DNA of 64,000 nt, taken from positions 1 to 64,000 of IMG/VR virus record IMGVR_UViG_3300025122_000010; one strand, 5' to 3'. Below are positions 1 through 10,992 of the stretch, piece by piece. Source of the stretch: a virus. The translations under genes were made by a program, and so were the position numbers. The notes under the pieces are model-generated. The model worked only from the letters and a program-made list of their open reading frames with translations. It was not told the origin of the DNA and made no database searches. The first letter of the stretch is position 1, and every line of letters begins with the position of its first letter.

Positions 1-1215
1 ACTTGGCAAAAGGAGAGTTATGCTAAAGTTATTGAGTATTTAAAGGAGATGAACTATGCAGTAGTTGAACCTGGATATGACGTAACAGCCGTTGATGCAA
101 AATACCATAAATGTAGTTTAGACAATATGGTTGCATTAATACAGAACTGTGCATTTTATATTGGGACAGACAATGGACCGATGCATATAGCAAGTGCGCT
201 TAATATCCCCAGGATTCTGATTGCTGGTGCTGCATTGCCATATATATCTAATCCAAATAGAGAAAATGTATTCTATGTTCAAGATAACTCACTTGAGTGC
301 TTGGGTTGCAAGCACAAATCATTTTTCTTAAGAAACGGAAACTCTATAACGTTTGTTCCTACGTGTGTAAATGAAAATCAAGGTATTTGCATGTCAGCTA
401 TAGGAGCCGAACATGTTATCAAAGCAATTGAGAAGTTTACGTCTAAGCCGAATTCTATTATTTCTGGCAAGCCCACTAGTTTTTACTTTAATATTCCTGG
501 GTATTCGTATTATAGGGAAGAAGAGATGGATCTCATTCAAAGAGAAATTCCTGAAGATCATCCAGATCAAACAGATGAATTGCACAAAGAATATTCCGAA
601 AGATGGGAACAGGTCTTTAACGATTACTCGATTCCCTTTGTAGATACTGTTTATGAAGAAATGGAGAAGAAACTTGGTGGAATGCAGAGTGGTTTAACAT
701 TTCTTGATGTTGGATGTAGTATCGGATTGGTAGTTAAAGCAGCGCTACAAAAAGGGTTTCATGCTTATGGTATCGATATTAATGAGAAATCTATCGATAA
801 AGGTATAGAACTATTTGATGATCTGATCGAGAATCATGATACCACTGATGACAACAAGCTAATGCTACCGCGATTAGTAAAAGGAGATTTTGCTGAGCGA
901 TATAAAGATGATGCAAATAGATTTGATATACTAGCTTGTAACCAAACTTTAGAACATATTTCTAATCCTGTAGAATTTCTAAATGTTTGTAAAAAAGTTT
1001 TGAATAACAACGGCCTACTCTTCATCGACTGCCCTTCATTCGACGAAGAAGATGCTAGAAACAAATGGCATAGATGGCAGACAATGGGAAAGGGAGAATA
1101 TACTTGGATTCCTACGAATAAGTCATTTGATTATCTGATGCTAGAAACTGGATTTGAATATGAGCATCTTCAAGATACAGGGAAAGGCATTTTTGTTAAA
1201 GCATGGAAAAAATAA
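1..1215 (+). CDS. GT9 (heptosyltransferase-like) C-terminal domain fused to class I SAM methyltransferase; 5'-truncated by window edge
   Basis: Frame open from base 1; GT9 motif FYIGTDNGPMHIASALNIP; MTase motifs FLDVGCSIG and NQTLEHISNP. Confidence 0.8.
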   Translation, partial: TWQKESYAKVIEYLKEMNYAVVEPGYDVTAVDAKYHKCSLDNMVALIQNCAFYIGTDNGPMHIASALNIPRILIAGAALPYISNPNRENVFYVQDNSLECLGCKHKSFFLRNGNSITFVPTCVNENQGICMSAIGAEHVIKAIEKFTSKPNSIISGKPTSFYFNIPGYSYYREEEMDLIQREIPEDHPDQTDELHKEYSERWEQVFNDYSIPFVDTVYEEMEKKLGGMQSGLTFLDVGCSIGLVVKAALQKGFHAYGIDINEKSIDKGIELFDDLIENHDTTDDNKLMLPRLVKGDFAERYKDDANRFDILACNQTLEHISNPVEFLNVCKKVLNNNGLLFIDCPSFDEEDARNKWHRWQTMGKGEYTWIPTNKSFDYLMLETGFEYEHLQDTGKGIFVKAWKK

Positions 1216-1279
1216 ACTTATACTATAACTGTTTAAAGCAATACTAAATGTGCTTATAACTAGATAAGGAAGTTGCATT

Positions 1280-1516
1280 ATGATTAGAATAACTAAAGAG
1301 GTACTTGAATCAGGTGATGTTATCTTTGACAGGGAATGGAAGATGTTCAAAAAGAAAACTACTACTAAAGCTTGTAGAATGTATGAGTCCTTTGAAGTAG
1401 AAACAGCAGAGGGCATAATGAAATGTGAAGATGGTTATCTTGCAATTGATGCAAGGGGCTTCCCTTATCCTATAGCTAAAGATGAGTTTGATCTAATATA
1501 TGAGGAGGTTTCATAA
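1280..1516 (+). CDS. small hypothetical protein (PGDYG-like)
   Basis: ORF in operon; VETAEG..DGYL..RGFPYPI pattern. Confidence 0.55.
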   Translation: MIRITKEVLESGDVIFDREWKMFKKKTTTKACRMYESFEVETAEGIMKCEDGYLAIDARGFPYPIAKDEFDLIYEEVS

Positions 1517-2001
1517 TGGAGACAGTGGGTAGTATATTTGACAAGTTAAGCATTCTAGAAAAACGAATGCGTAGCATCAATGAAAAGATAAATAATCTAA
1601 ATCTAGATCTTGAACTTAAATCAAATGTTAGTATTAACAATCTAGATAAAACACTTGTGCAATTGAATAACCAAAGAGGTTGGTTGATAAGAGAGCTTGG
1701 TAGAATAATTGTTTCAATAGGAAATAAAGAAAGACCAGCAATATTTAAGAAGCATAAAGTATATGACAAAGATGTTAAAGAAGATCGTACTTCTGATTTG
1801 CTTAGTTTGATTTTGCTATTAGATATAGTTAATGGAAACTTATGGGGTCTAGAAGACAAAAGAAGAGATACGACTCTTAGTGACAAAGAAAGACTTGCAG
1901 CTGCCGATGCAGTTTCAATTGACAACAAGAAACGTAATGACTTGATTGATAAGATTGATGAGTTAATTGATTTTTCAATGAAAGTGAGTATACATGATTA
2001 A
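1516..2001 (+). CDS. helical protein of the type found in glycan clusters (DUF4254-like)
   Basis: ETVGSIFDKLSILE and LWGLEDKRR..RNDLIDKID motifs; coupled start/stop. Confidence 0.55.
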   Translation: METVGSIFDKLSILEKRMRSINEKINNLNLDLELKSNVSINNLDKTLVQLNNQRGWLIRELGRIIVSIGNKERPAIFKKHKVYDKDVKEDRTSDLLSLILLLDIVNGNLWGLEDKRRDTTLSDKERLAAADAVSIDNKKRNDLIDKIDELIDFSMKVSIHD

Positions 2002-2962
2002 TGGTTCGAAAACAATTTTAATGAGTGGTTGCGCTGGACAACTCATGAATGACATTATTGATAAAGTTCATGAACATAATTTGATTGTCCACTCCCTTAC
2101 AGGATTTACTACTACAAACAATTTTTCTAATAAGAAAACTCATTTGTCAGGCAAAGGTGGTCATTTAACTCTGCATTCGTGTAACAGACAACAATGGGAC
2201 ATAACAGATGACACTGCAACTAAAGTACTATTTGAAAATCATGATCCTGACATCTATATCAATGGAGCTTCTATCCATTCAGTAGATGATATAGAATCAG
2301 ATCCTTCAAGAGCATTTGAGGTTAATGTAGTTGCACCAAGCAGGATAGCTAAATTATGCAATAAGCATAATACAACTTTTATCAATATTTCTACAAATTA
2401 TGTTTTTGGTGGACAAGAGAAAGCAGGTCCCTATGCTGAAGACAGTTCTATGTCACCAACTAATATGTATGGAATCATAAAAGCTGCTGGTGAAACTACA
2501 GTTGCTAATGAGTGTGATAGCTATACAAATATTAGAGTTGCTGGTTTGTTTGGGAAGACTGGTAGTAGAGCTAAGAATAACACAAACTTTCCAATGGTTA
2601 TTCTAGATAAGCTAGAAAATGACAAAGAACTTGAAGTCGTTGTTGATCAAGTAATGAATGTAGGATATACTGTAGATATCGCTAGAGCACTTGTTAAACT
2701 GTTGGAGAAAGATATATCTCAATTAGGCACTGTATATCACTTAGTCAATCAAGGTGATTTAACTTGGTATGACTTGGCACATTTCATAGTAGAACTAAAA
2801 GGCTATAATCCCAGCAAAGTTCTTAAAGCAATAACTAGTAGTAAGCATTATGATGGAGCAAAAAGAGCTATGTATTCTGCTATTGTTAATACACAAACTG
2901 AATTACTACCAACATGGCAATCTGCTATAGTTAGATTTCTTAAGGAGATAGATGAGTTATGA
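1994..2962 (+). CDS. rmlD: dTDP-4-dehydrorhamnose reductase (RmlD-like SDR)
   Basis: GCAGQL, ISTNYVFGG, YGIIKAAGE, VVVDQ motifs. Confidence 0.8.
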   Translation: MINGSKTILMSGCAGQLMNDIIDKVHEHNLIVHSLTGFTTTNNFSNKKTHLSGKGGHLTLHSCNRQQWDITDDTATKVLFENHDPDIYINGASIHSVDDIESDPSRAFEVNVVAPSRIAKLCNKHNTTFINISTNYVFGGQEKAGPYAEDSSMSPTNMYGIIKAAGETTVANECDSYTNIRVAGLFGKTGSRAKNNTNFPMVILDKLENDKELEVVVDQVMNVGYTVDIARALVKLLEKDISQLGTVYHLVNQGDLTWYDLAHFIVELKGYNPSKVLKAITSSKHYDGAKRAMYSAIVNTQTELLPTWQSAIVRFLKEIDEL

Positions 2963-3288
2963 TGACAATCGTGCAGGCTGCCAATATAGAGCAAGCACCA
3001 AAAGACGAAATAGGGTATGAGTATTTGGGCTCTTTTCCAGATCTATATTGCCAAGTTATTGATGCAGTAACAAGAGGTAGTGTAGCAGAGGAGTTCGTAT
3101 TTTGTTTTTGCGTTGTAAAGAAAGTGTTGTATTCTACAAAAGGTGAGGAATATGAAAATGAGATAAAGGAAGAGCAAATTAAAGATGTTGAAATTGTATT
3201 TGATGATGTTTACGACGAGTTAGACGAAGAAGATGAAGACGAAGAAGATGAGGAGGAAGAAGAAGATGAGATATCACCAAGACAATAG
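2959..3288 (+). CDS. hypothetical protein with acidic tail
   Basis: ORF with SD, overlaps upstream stop. Confidence 0.55.
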   Translation: MMTIVQAANIEQAPKDEIGYEYLGSFPDLYCQVIDAVTRGSVAEEFVFCFCVVKKVLYSTKGEEYENEIKEEQIKDVEIVFDDVYDELDEEDEDEEDEEEEEDEISPRQ

Positions 3289-3838
3289 AGGCATGAGATA
3301 TTGTGATGTCTTTCCAGCTATAGGAAAAGGTGATATTAACATCACTGTAGTTCAACCAGGGGCTGCAGCATTATGGCATAGACATAAGTATCAGAATGAT
3401 TTCCAATTTGTGGTTAAGGGAGCTCTTCAAATCGGTATATGTAATATGCCAAATGATGATCGTTATGTTGCTAATAGTGTTTTTGATTTAGATAAAATAG
3501 ATAAAATGCAAATAGAATGGAGGCAAGAATATAGAGAAATATTCATGAATGCATATTGTCAACCAAATGAAAATGTTGAATATTCTAGTAGTATAATAGA
3601 TTTTGTAGAAAAATATAAGAATGAACCTCATTGCAATTGGGAATATTATTCAGAACACAATGCGCATCTAGGGCCATTATTCATACCTGCAGGATTATGG
3701 CATGGATGCTATAACTTCACAAATAAAGAGGCAGTTCTTGTTTATCATATAACAAAAAAATATGAAATACTAAAACCAGATGAAGAGCGCTGTAGTCCTG
3801 AATTGATGGGGTGGGATTACGAACGGAAAGCTAAATGA
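3266..3838 (+). CDS. cupin-fold sugar epimerase/isomerase (RmlC/WxcM-like)
   Basis: HQDNRG start, WHRHKYQNDF, LFIPAGLWHG; ATG at 3266 follows GGAGG. Confidence 0.7.
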   Translation: MRYHQDNRGMRYCDVFPAIGKGDINITVVQPGAAALWHRHKYQNDFQFVVKGALQIGICNMPNDDRYVANSVFDLDKIDKMQIEWRQEYREIFMNAYCQPNENVEYSSSIIDFVEKYKNEPHCNWEYYSEHNAHLGPLFIPAGLWHGCYNFTNKEAVLVYHITKKYEILKPDEERCSPELMGWDYERKAK

Positions 3839-4059
3839 CTTTCACTAAGAGAAAGAAGACAAAGGTAGATCTAAAGTTAGAAAGAACAGACTTTCTTAAA
3901 TCTTTAGGATTTCGATTCGATAGTGTCTGGTATTTATATAGACACGAAGAATCAGGTGTAGAAATTACAACAGAATTTATAGAACATTTTATATATGACA
4001 ATGATATGTTTAAAGAGCTTATAACGGAAAGAATAGAGCATGGCAAATCTATACAATGA
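3835..4059 (+). CDS. hypothetical protein
   Basis: ORF coupled to neighbours. Confidence 0.5.
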   Translation: MTFTKRKKTKVDLKLERTDFLKSLGFRFDSVWYLYRHEESGVEITTEFIEHFIYDNDMFKELITERIEHGKSIQ

Positions 4060-5176
4060 CACAGAAAAATTGAAAGCTCAAGCTGATGAACAACATACAA
4101 AAGTAATGGAGATACTTAAGCAAGCAAAAGAGCCATCAATCTTTAATGGTGTTGACAAGGAAGTTCATCTTGTTACTGGGGGTTTAGGTCACATTGGTTC
4201 TTATATTGTCGAGTATCTAGCAGGATCAAGAGAGAATGCTAAGATCATTGTGGTTGATAATCACTATAATGGTAAGAGAGAAAATATAAGTCCTGCTGCA
4301 TCAAAAGCTGCTGCTAGACAAAATGAAATTATAATGGAACATGTAGATATAGCTGATGAAGAAGCTTTGTATACAGTATTCGATAAGTTTGAACCACATT
4401 ACGTATACCATCAAGCTTCAATGCTTACACAAGATTCTGCTAAATATAGGAAAAGAGCAATTGATGTAAATATTGTTGGTTTTGTAAATGTTCTAGAAGC
4501 TTGTGTACAGAGTAATACAAGAAAACTAGTCTTTGCTTCATCAGCAAGCGTATTCGGTGATCCAAACTATATTCCTGTAGATGAGAGTCATGATTTCAAT
4601 AACTGTTCTATATTATATGGAGCAACAAAAGTAGCCAATGAGTTTCTAGCTAAATCATATGCAGATCAGTGTGATTTAAAACTAGTTGGTCTTAGATATT
4701 TTAATGTGTATGGATATCGTCAATCAACTTTGAATCTATATACGCAGATTGTTCCAAAATGGATAAACGCTTTCATAGATGGAAAGCCAATAGAATTATA
4801 TGGCGATGGTGAACAAACTATGGATATGATTCACGGCTATGATGTAGGAATGATGAATGTAACTGCTATGTCTAAGTCATCAGTGGCTAGAGGAGTGATG
4901 TTGAAAGACGATTATATATTTCAAGGATTCATAAACATTGGAACTGGCATTCAAACATCAGTGATAGAATTGTATGAAATGATTAAGCTAAGTTTAGCAG
5001 CACAAGGAATAGATGTAGGAAGATCTGAGTTAAAGAAAATACCTCATGATCCAGCATTAGTTAGAAGAAGACAATGTGATGTAAAACTTATGCATGAATT
5101 ATTGGGTAAGCACCAGATTGAAGTAGACTACGGAATTGATACAACAGTGAGAAAAATTCTTAAAGAGAGAAAATAA
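4040..5176 (+). CDS. NAD-dependent nucleotide-sugar epimerase/dehydratase
   Basis: TGGLGHIG, ASSASVFG, YGATK, LRYFNVYG. Confidence 0.9.
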   Translation: MANLYNDTEKLKAQADEQHTKVMEILKQAKEPSIFNGVDKEVHLVTGGLGHIGSYIVEYLAGSRENAKIIVVDNHYNGKRENISPAASKAAARQNEIIMEHVDIADEEALYTVFDKFEPHYVYHQASMLTQDSAKYRKRAIDVNIVGFVNVLEACVQSNTRKLVFASSASVFGDPNYIPVDESHDFNNCSILYGATKVANEFLAKSYADQCDLKLVGLRYFNVYGYRQSTLNLYTQIVPKWINAFIDGKPIELYGDGEQTMDMIHGYDVGMMNVTAMSKSSVARGVMLKDDYIFQGFINIGTGIQTSVIELYEMIKLSLAAQGIDVGRSELKKIPHDPALVRRRQCDVKLMHELLGKHQIEVDYGIDTTVRKILKERK

Positions 5177-5503
5177 ATGGAAGTATTTTATACTGTAGTA
5201 AGAGTTCAAGAATCAGGTAATGATTTCTTGAGAGTAACTGGAACAGAACAAGAGTTCGATGAAAAGGGAATATTAGATATAGAATTCAATGATGTCCCTA
5301 TTTCATCATTATCAGCTGCTGGTAATTATGTTAAGCAAGTGAAAGAAGCAATAGAGCAAGTGATAGCGAATAGACAAACATTGAAACAAGAGAAGAAACT
5401 TGTAAGCATTTATAATAGATTAAGTGACAATATCAATAACGAATCATTGTCGGGAGCAATCGACCAAGACGTTGTTGATGTCTTGAAAGCCAAGGTGTAT
5501 TAA
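5177..5503 (+). CDS. hypothetical protein
   Basis: ORF in operon. Confidence 0.55.
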   Translation: MEVFYTVVRVQESGNDFLRVTGTEQEFDEKGILDIEFNDVPISSLSAAGNYVKQVKEAIEQVIANRQTLKQEKKLVSIYNRLSDNINNESLSGAIDQDVVDVLKAKVY

Positions 5504-5518
5504 TCTATAGGGGGTTTT

Positions 5519-5872
5519 ATGAAAAGTATTAATGGGAGGTCGTGGCATTTTAGATATGTAAGCTTCGTATTCCAAGGACTACGAGGAAAAGTTAGAGTAA
5601 GTTTATGTGAATATTTCTGGAAGTGCGTTCTTTCAATTCCGGCTGGCTTTGTAGTTGGTATTGTGTTTGCACTAAGTGCATGTATTGCATATTCATGTAT
5701 CGGAGTTGAATATGTTTGTAGGAAGTCATATAGATATATATTTCCGGAAAAAGAGATTACATTAGGAAAGTATGATAAGCCTAGTGGTTTCTGGAGTTTG
5801 GTAGCAGACTATTTCCGTTCTGCCCATAGAAAAGTGTGTCCGTTATATAAGATAAATTATCGGCATGAATAA
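5519..5872 (+). CDS. hypothetical membrane protein
   Basis: SD GGGGG; one hydrophobic segment. Confidence 0.55.
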   Translation: MKSINGRSWHFRYVSFVFQGLRGKVRVSLCEYFWKCVLSIPAGFVVGIVFALSACIAYSCIGVEYVCRKSYRYIFPEKEITLGKYDKPSGFWSLVADYFRSAHRKVCPLYKINYRHE

Positions 5873-5931
5873 ACCAGAATGTTCAGAGAAAAAGAAGATA
5901 GAGAATACATTGAAATAGAGAAAGGTATTGA

Positions 5932-7497
5932 ATGAAAACGTTTCATATATTATGTCTAGCAGGTTACGGCGATATTCTATCCCACATAACTAGACTACCA
6001 GCTTTAAGAGAAAAGTACCCAAGAGAAGACTATGATATCAAGTTCTGGTTAGGAGGATTTGGTAAGGCTGTTCAATTCTCCAAGGAACAACTTGAGCGTG
6101 AAGGTTGTGAAGCTAGTATCATAAAGAACCTAACATTCCATAATCAGCTTCCTGAAATGCGTAAGTTTATTCAGGATAGTCTTGTTGAAGAGGGAGACAT
6201 GTTCGAAGATTGGTCTTTCTGTGAAGAGATATTCGTTAACAAAACTCCCATCTTCATGCAATATCCTGTGCAGATTTCATACAGCTATACTACTTCTATA
6301 TCAGCTGTATATAATAACGATATGTCTGAAGCACTCTTTAAGAATAAGAATGCTATAGCAATCCAGCCTCTAACAAAATCTGGCAACGCTGAAGGGTTTG
6401 AGCATGATGTTCAACAGAATAGATTTTGGACTAGAGAAAATTGGATAAGAGTATTAGAAAGAATGCATGATGATGAACTGATTCCTGTTTTCACTGGAAT
6501 TGGTGATGAAGACTGGGGACTAAGAGAAGAGTGTGACAACAAAGGAATCAAGTATTATGATATGATGGGAGCTAATATTGTTTCCACAATGGAGTTTCTA
6601 AAAGTATGTAATGGTTGTATAGCAACTAACTCTTGGACTTGGGAAGTTGCATCAAGGCATATGAAACCAACTGTTTGTCTATATTTGAAAAACCACTTCT
6701 TCATTCAGAACCATATTCCAGATGGACCATCAGAATTCTTTGATACTTGCTATATAGAAACAGATAATGAAGCTGATCCAGATAGAGTATATGATACATG
6801 GAAGTATATGTATGACAATCAGAAAAGACCAGAAGTAGAGTATTCTGTATGTATGATTACATACAATGATGAAGATTGTGTTCGTACAACTTGTAATAAT
6901 GTAGCAGCTTACAAACCAGAAGAATTCGTTGTGGTTGATGGTGGTTCAAAAGATAGTACTAAGCATCATCTTGTTTACCTTAGTGATTTCTATAATTTGA
7001 ACTTGATTGATAAACTCTGGGCAGATGATTTTGAAGTCCAAAAGAACTATGCTCTAGACCAAGCCAAACACAAATGGAGGTTATGGATCGATGCAGACGA
7101 AACCTATGAACATCTGTTCTGGAACCAAATCTCTTGGTATATTTGGCAAGCTGAAAAAGAAGATGTGGAATGCCTTTGGGTGCCAAGAATCAATACTATT
7201 GAGGGATTGGACGATAACGAACTTGGAAATTACGCCAAGGAAAATGGTTGGAACATTTCAGGATTCAGATGGATCAATTACCCAGATTCGCAACAAAGAC
7301 TCTTTACAGATCAATGTAAGTTTGTCGGGAGAACTCACGAAAGAATCGTTGGATATTCTAAAGAACGACATCTCAAAGGTGTGCATTGCATGCACCCTAA
7401 AACTAAGTCCAGGCAACAACGTGGTTTGGATAGAGAACGAAAACAGTATGAGATAGAAGCAGAGAAGGTATATGAAAAGGTTACTAAAGATGAATAG
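5932..7497 (+). CDS. bifunctional glycosyltransferase (GT9-like N-terminus + GT2 C-terminus)
   Basis: GYGDIL N-terminus; SVCMITYN..VVVDGGSKD..WIDADE..HE GT2 motifs. Confidence 0.8.
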   Translation: MKTFHILCLAGYGDILSHITRLPALREKYPREDYDIKFWLGGFGKAVQFSKEQLEREGCEASIIKNLTFHNQLPEMRKFIQDSLVEEGDMFEDWSFCEEIFVNKTPIFMQYPVQISYSYTTSISAVYNNDMSEALFKNKNAIAIQPLTKSGNAEGFEHDVQQNRFWTRENWIRVLERMHDDELIPVFTGIGDEDWGLREECDNKGIKYYDMMGANIVSTMEFLKVCNGCIATNSWTWEVASRHMKPTVCLYLKNHFFIQNHIPDGPSEFFDTCYIETDNEADPDRVYDTWKYMYDNQKRPEVEYSVCMITYNDEDCVRTTCNNVAAYKPEEFVVVDGGSKDSTKHHLVYLSDFYNLNLIDKLWADDFEVQKNYALDQAKHKWRLWIDADETYEHLFWNQISWYIWQAEKEDVECLWVPRINTIEGLDDNELGNYAKENGWNISGFRWINYPDSQQRLFTDQCKFVGRTHERIVGYSKERHLKGVHCMHPKTKSRQQRGLDRERKQYEIEAEKVYEKVTKDE

Positions 7498-7667
7498 AAT
7501 TCTAACATACGGAGAATGGACAATAACTTGGGATGAATTAAACAAAAGCTACAAAGCATCTAGAAGTTCTCCATTGGAAGTTGATGGTTTAATCCTGGGA
7601 GGAATTGGTCCAGCTCATCTGACCGGTCTCGCCAGGCGGACTGTAGAAATGTTATTAGATTCCATAG

Positions 7668-8120
7668 ATGATTATGAAAGGAATTCTGCGAATGCAATGG
7701 CATAAAATAAAATCTGCTCCGATGAATACAAAACTACTCTTGTATTATCCTAGCACTCATCATAAAGATCAAGTATTCAGATTAGGCACTTGTATATATG
7801 ATAGACCAGGTTTTGATGAACCAAGAGAATGGCATTGGGAATGTGATGGATACTCCTCTTCTGAGAAACCTACACATTGGGCAGAACTGAAATTTAAGGA
7901 GGAAAGAGATTGGTCTAGATTGATTGAATCAAAAATAGAAGAAGGGATGTATATTAATAGATATCGTAAAAGTGATTATCCTCCGAACTATTTTGAAGAT
8001 GATGGGCTAATAGATCCAAGATATTTTTGGTTTGATAGAGATGGAAAGCCACATAAATCTAAAAAGCAATTGCATCCAGATGATTACGATATTGTAATGG
8101 AGGAGATAAGTTATGAATGA
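7668..8120 (+). CDS. hypothetical protein (DUF551-like N-terminus)
   Basis: W..IKSAP...KPTHWAEL pattern; true start may be a few codons downstream. Confidence 0.5.
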   Translation: MIMKGILRMQWHKIKSAPMNTKLLLYYPSTHHKDQVFRLGTCIYDRPGFDEPREWHWECDGYSSSEKPTHWAELKFKEERDWSRLIESKIEEGMYINRYRKSDYPPNYFEDDGLIDPRYFWFDRDGKPHKSKKQLHPDDYDIVMEEISYE

Positions 8121-8370
8121 GCCAACACAAGAAGAATTATTAGATGAAGACGGATTGGTTTTACAAGATAGAGAATCTAAAGATGGATGGCGACATGGTT
8201 GTTATATCACAGAAGTGTTTTTGAGAGAATCTGATAATACATATTGGACTGTTTCATACAACTCCTCACCTAACGGAGATTACCACGGACTAAGAGAAGG
8301 CGATTATAATACTCATCAAGTTAAACCTGTAACTAAATTAGTTGAAATAACATCTTATAGGGAAGTGTAA
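8113..8370 (+). CDS. hypothetical phage protein
   Basis: SD GGAGGAG, coupled ORF. Confidence 0.55.
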   Translation: MNEPTQEELLDEDGLVLQDRESKDGWRHGCYITEVFLRESDNTYWTVSYNSSPNGDYHGLREGDYNTHQVKPVTKLVEITSYREV

Positions 8371-8568
8371 TGAAAATAATGGATCAATATACTTCAACGG
8401 GATCGGCAGTTCATGTTAGTGATGATGGAGCTTTGCGTGTAAAAATTGTTGACAATGATTGCAGTGCTGTTCGTGTATCTGTCCCTCAACCAATACAACA
8501 ACTAGCAGATCCTTATGAGGTACGTCCACAAAAGAAACGATATAGACGATATAGAAGGTATATACATA

Positions 8569-8802
8569 ATGATTAACTGGCTAACATTTATCCCTGCTAT
8601 ATTTGAATTATTAGGTGTTAAGTTTCTTGGTGATAAGAAGAAACTAGGCTTTATAGCAAGTGCTATAGGTAATGTTCTATGGATAGCTTATGTGTTTGTA
8701 TCTGATTCAACTTACGGTTTATTGTTAGTTTGTGGAATAGCAATTATATTGAATATAAGAGGATATATTAAATGGAGAAGAGATTATGAGCTTGTCAATT
8801 GA
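8569..8802 (+). CDS. small 3-TM membrane protein (PnuC-like half)
   Basis: Hydrophobic MINWLTF...GNVLWIAY...RGYIKW; ATG at 8569. Confidence 0.55.
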   Translation: MINWLTFIPAIFELLGVKFLGDKKKLGFIASAIGNVLWIAYVFVSDSTYGLLLVCGIAIILNIRGYIKWRRDYELVN

Positions 8803-9243
8803 TCATTTAGATTTAGCAAAAAAAAGTTGCTAATAAAGTAACATGTGAATATATAAGTTTCAGTACTGTATACTCTTGTGGTCCACCAACGGAATCATTT
8901 ATGAGAGTTGAATGGTTCGAAAGTCCAAGCAAAGGAAGAGTTGGATACAATGTTGAAGAGAAATCAAACGAACTTATATTAACTGAAGTAGCTGGAGAGG
9001 AAGAACCTAGAGTGATAATTTTATGAGAACGGAAATATGGAGTAATAAAGAGATATTAAAATTTCCAGAAACAGTAACATTTATTCTTTCATGTAAAAAT
9101 CATGATAAAATAAGATGGTGTACTAAGTGTGGTTGGTATGAATATATCGGTAATGGAGCATTTTCAAATAAACAAGGGTGCAAAAATAGGTGCGGAACAA
9201 TGCATTACTGGCTCAGAGAAGTTGGAAAGGATGAAGAATTTTT

Positions 9244-10260
9244 ATGCGACCAATAATAATACACCACTTAAACGAATTGTGCCTTGGGGGTACGGAGAAG
9301 ATGCTTCAGATCATGATGAAGTACTTTGTAAAAGAAGGTACTTACAATCATGTTCTAGCATATCGAGCACAAGGGAGAAGAGATCGTGAAGAATACTTCA
9401 GAGAAATCATGGGAGAAAACAAGCTCATTGCCTACGCAAGTTATCCCGAGTTTGTTGCCATCGTTGGGAAGCTCAAGCCTTTTTGCATTCATCGATACTC
9501 AGCTGGAATACCTGAATTCCCTTTCGTTGCTCCCGTTAAAGTACACACAAAACACTTTGTCTCCACTTCAGTATTCGGCAATCAAGACGACACAATTGAC
9601 ATTTCAAAAGTCATTTTTGTCAGCAAACATATACAACACTTGGCTCAAAGGTTTGATCCGAAGTATATGGTTGTCAGAAATGCCATAGAAGCTCCGTACA
9701 CAGATGAAGTACTATTCCCAGAACTGAAAGATAAATTCGTCTTTGGACATATAGGCCGACCGGATGCTAACACATATTCTGATACTAATCTTCGGGCTTA
9801 TAAGAAGATCGAGAATGAAAACACAATGTTCTTATGGTTACCACAAAACCCAATGGTGAATAATAGCATAAAAGAACTAGGCATAAAGAATATTGATATG
9901 ATACCAGCAACTACAGATGAAACATTTCTATCAAAATTCTACAACACAATAGACGTTCTAGCACATTCTAGAAAGGATGGCGAATGCAATCCTGCAGTTA
10001 TGTGGGAAGCTATGGCTCATGGTAAACCAATTGTGTCCCATTATGGTTTACCGTTTAATGGACATGTAGAGGTAATAAAAAACTGTGGTTTTTGTGTAGC
10101 TCCAGAAGATGTAAATGAATATGCTAGGATCATGGAAAGGTTTATAGATGGTACTATAAATTATTATAATCTATCAAGGAATGCATTGGATAACTGGAAA
10201 AATACTTGCCAAGCTGAAGATATAGCAAATCAACAATTAGACATCTATAAAAAGTTGTAA
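9244..10260 (+). CDS. GT-B glycosyltransferase (GT4-like)
   Basis: GGTEK, GHIGRPD, DGECNPAVMWEAMAHGKPIVS. Confidence 0.85.
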   Translation: MRPIIIHHLNELCLGGTEKMLQIMMKYFVKEGTYNHVLAYRAQGRRDREEYFREIMGENKLIAYASYPEFVAIVGKLKPFCIHRYSAGIPEFPFVAPVKVHTKHFVSTSVFGNQDDTIDISKVIFVSKHIQHLAQRFDPKYMVVRNAIEAPYTDEVLFPELKDKFVFGHIGRPDANTYSDTNLRAYKKIENENTMFLWLPQNPMVNNSIKELGIKNIDMIPATTDETFLSKFYNTIDVLAHSRKDGECNPAVMWEAMAHGKPIVSHYGLPFNGHVEVIKNCGFCVAPEDVNEYARIMERFIDGTINYYNLSRNALDNWKNTCQAEDIANQQLDIYKKL

Positions 10261-10269
10261 GGAGAAGCT

Positions 10270-10872
10270 ATGAAAGTTATTGAGCAGAGTCATGAGATAT
10301 TGTATCATGATGAAAACATGTTGCAGAATATGGAATTGGCAGCAAGAACTTGCTATAAATCTGAAGAAAGAATCACAGAAGATTCTGCTGAAAAGCTAGT
10401 ATCTAGTTTGCTAAATCGTGGTCATGATGCAATGATAGAGTTTGGCCATATTGCAGTCAAGTTCATTACAGATCGCGGTGTTGCACATGAAATTGTAAGA
10501 CATAGACTATGCTCATTCGCTCAGGAATCGACTAGATATGTAAATTATAATAACAAAGGCTTTGAATTTATAAAGCCAGTTTGGTGGGATGAATGGAGCC
10601 CTATTGAGAGAACAATATGGAAAGAGCAAATGTGTTGGGTAGGAGATCGCTATAACTCTCTTATAGAACTTGGTTCAAAACCGCAACAAGCAAGATCGAT
10701 TCTTCCAAATTCTCTAAAGGCTGAGATTGTAGTGAAAGCTAATGTAAGAGAATGGCGTCATATCTTTAAGCTAAGGTGTAACAAGGCTGCTCATCCTCAG
10801 ATGGTTGGTTTGATGACGCCGTTGTTAGAAGAGTTGAAAGAGAAATTCCCAGTATTGTTCGGTGACTTATAA
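10270..10872 (+). CDS. thyX: FAD-dependent thymidylate synthase
   Basis: RHRxxSxxQESxRY motif, ARSILPN, AHPQM. Confidence 0.95.
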   Translation: MKVIEQSHEILYHDENMLQNMELAARTCYKSEERITEDSAEKLVSSLLNRGHDAMIEFGHIAVKFITDRGVAHEIVRHRLCSFAQESTRYVNYNNKGFEFIKPVWWDEWSPIERTIWKEQMCWVGDRYNSLIELGSKPQQARSILPNSLKAEIVVKANVREWRHIFKLRCNKAAHPQMVGLMTPLLEELKEKFPVLFGDL

Positions 10873-10992
10873 TGGAAAAAGATAGTCATATCAACTTAAA
10901 TGATTTATGTGCTAATGTTGGTGCATTAAGAAAAACAATAATTGACTTGTGCATTGCTTTTGTAAGTAGACCTAATGCATCTGGTTATGTAA

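Noticed and set aside
3200-3270. GAA/GAT low-complexity run
   Set aside because: Explained by the acidic protein tail.
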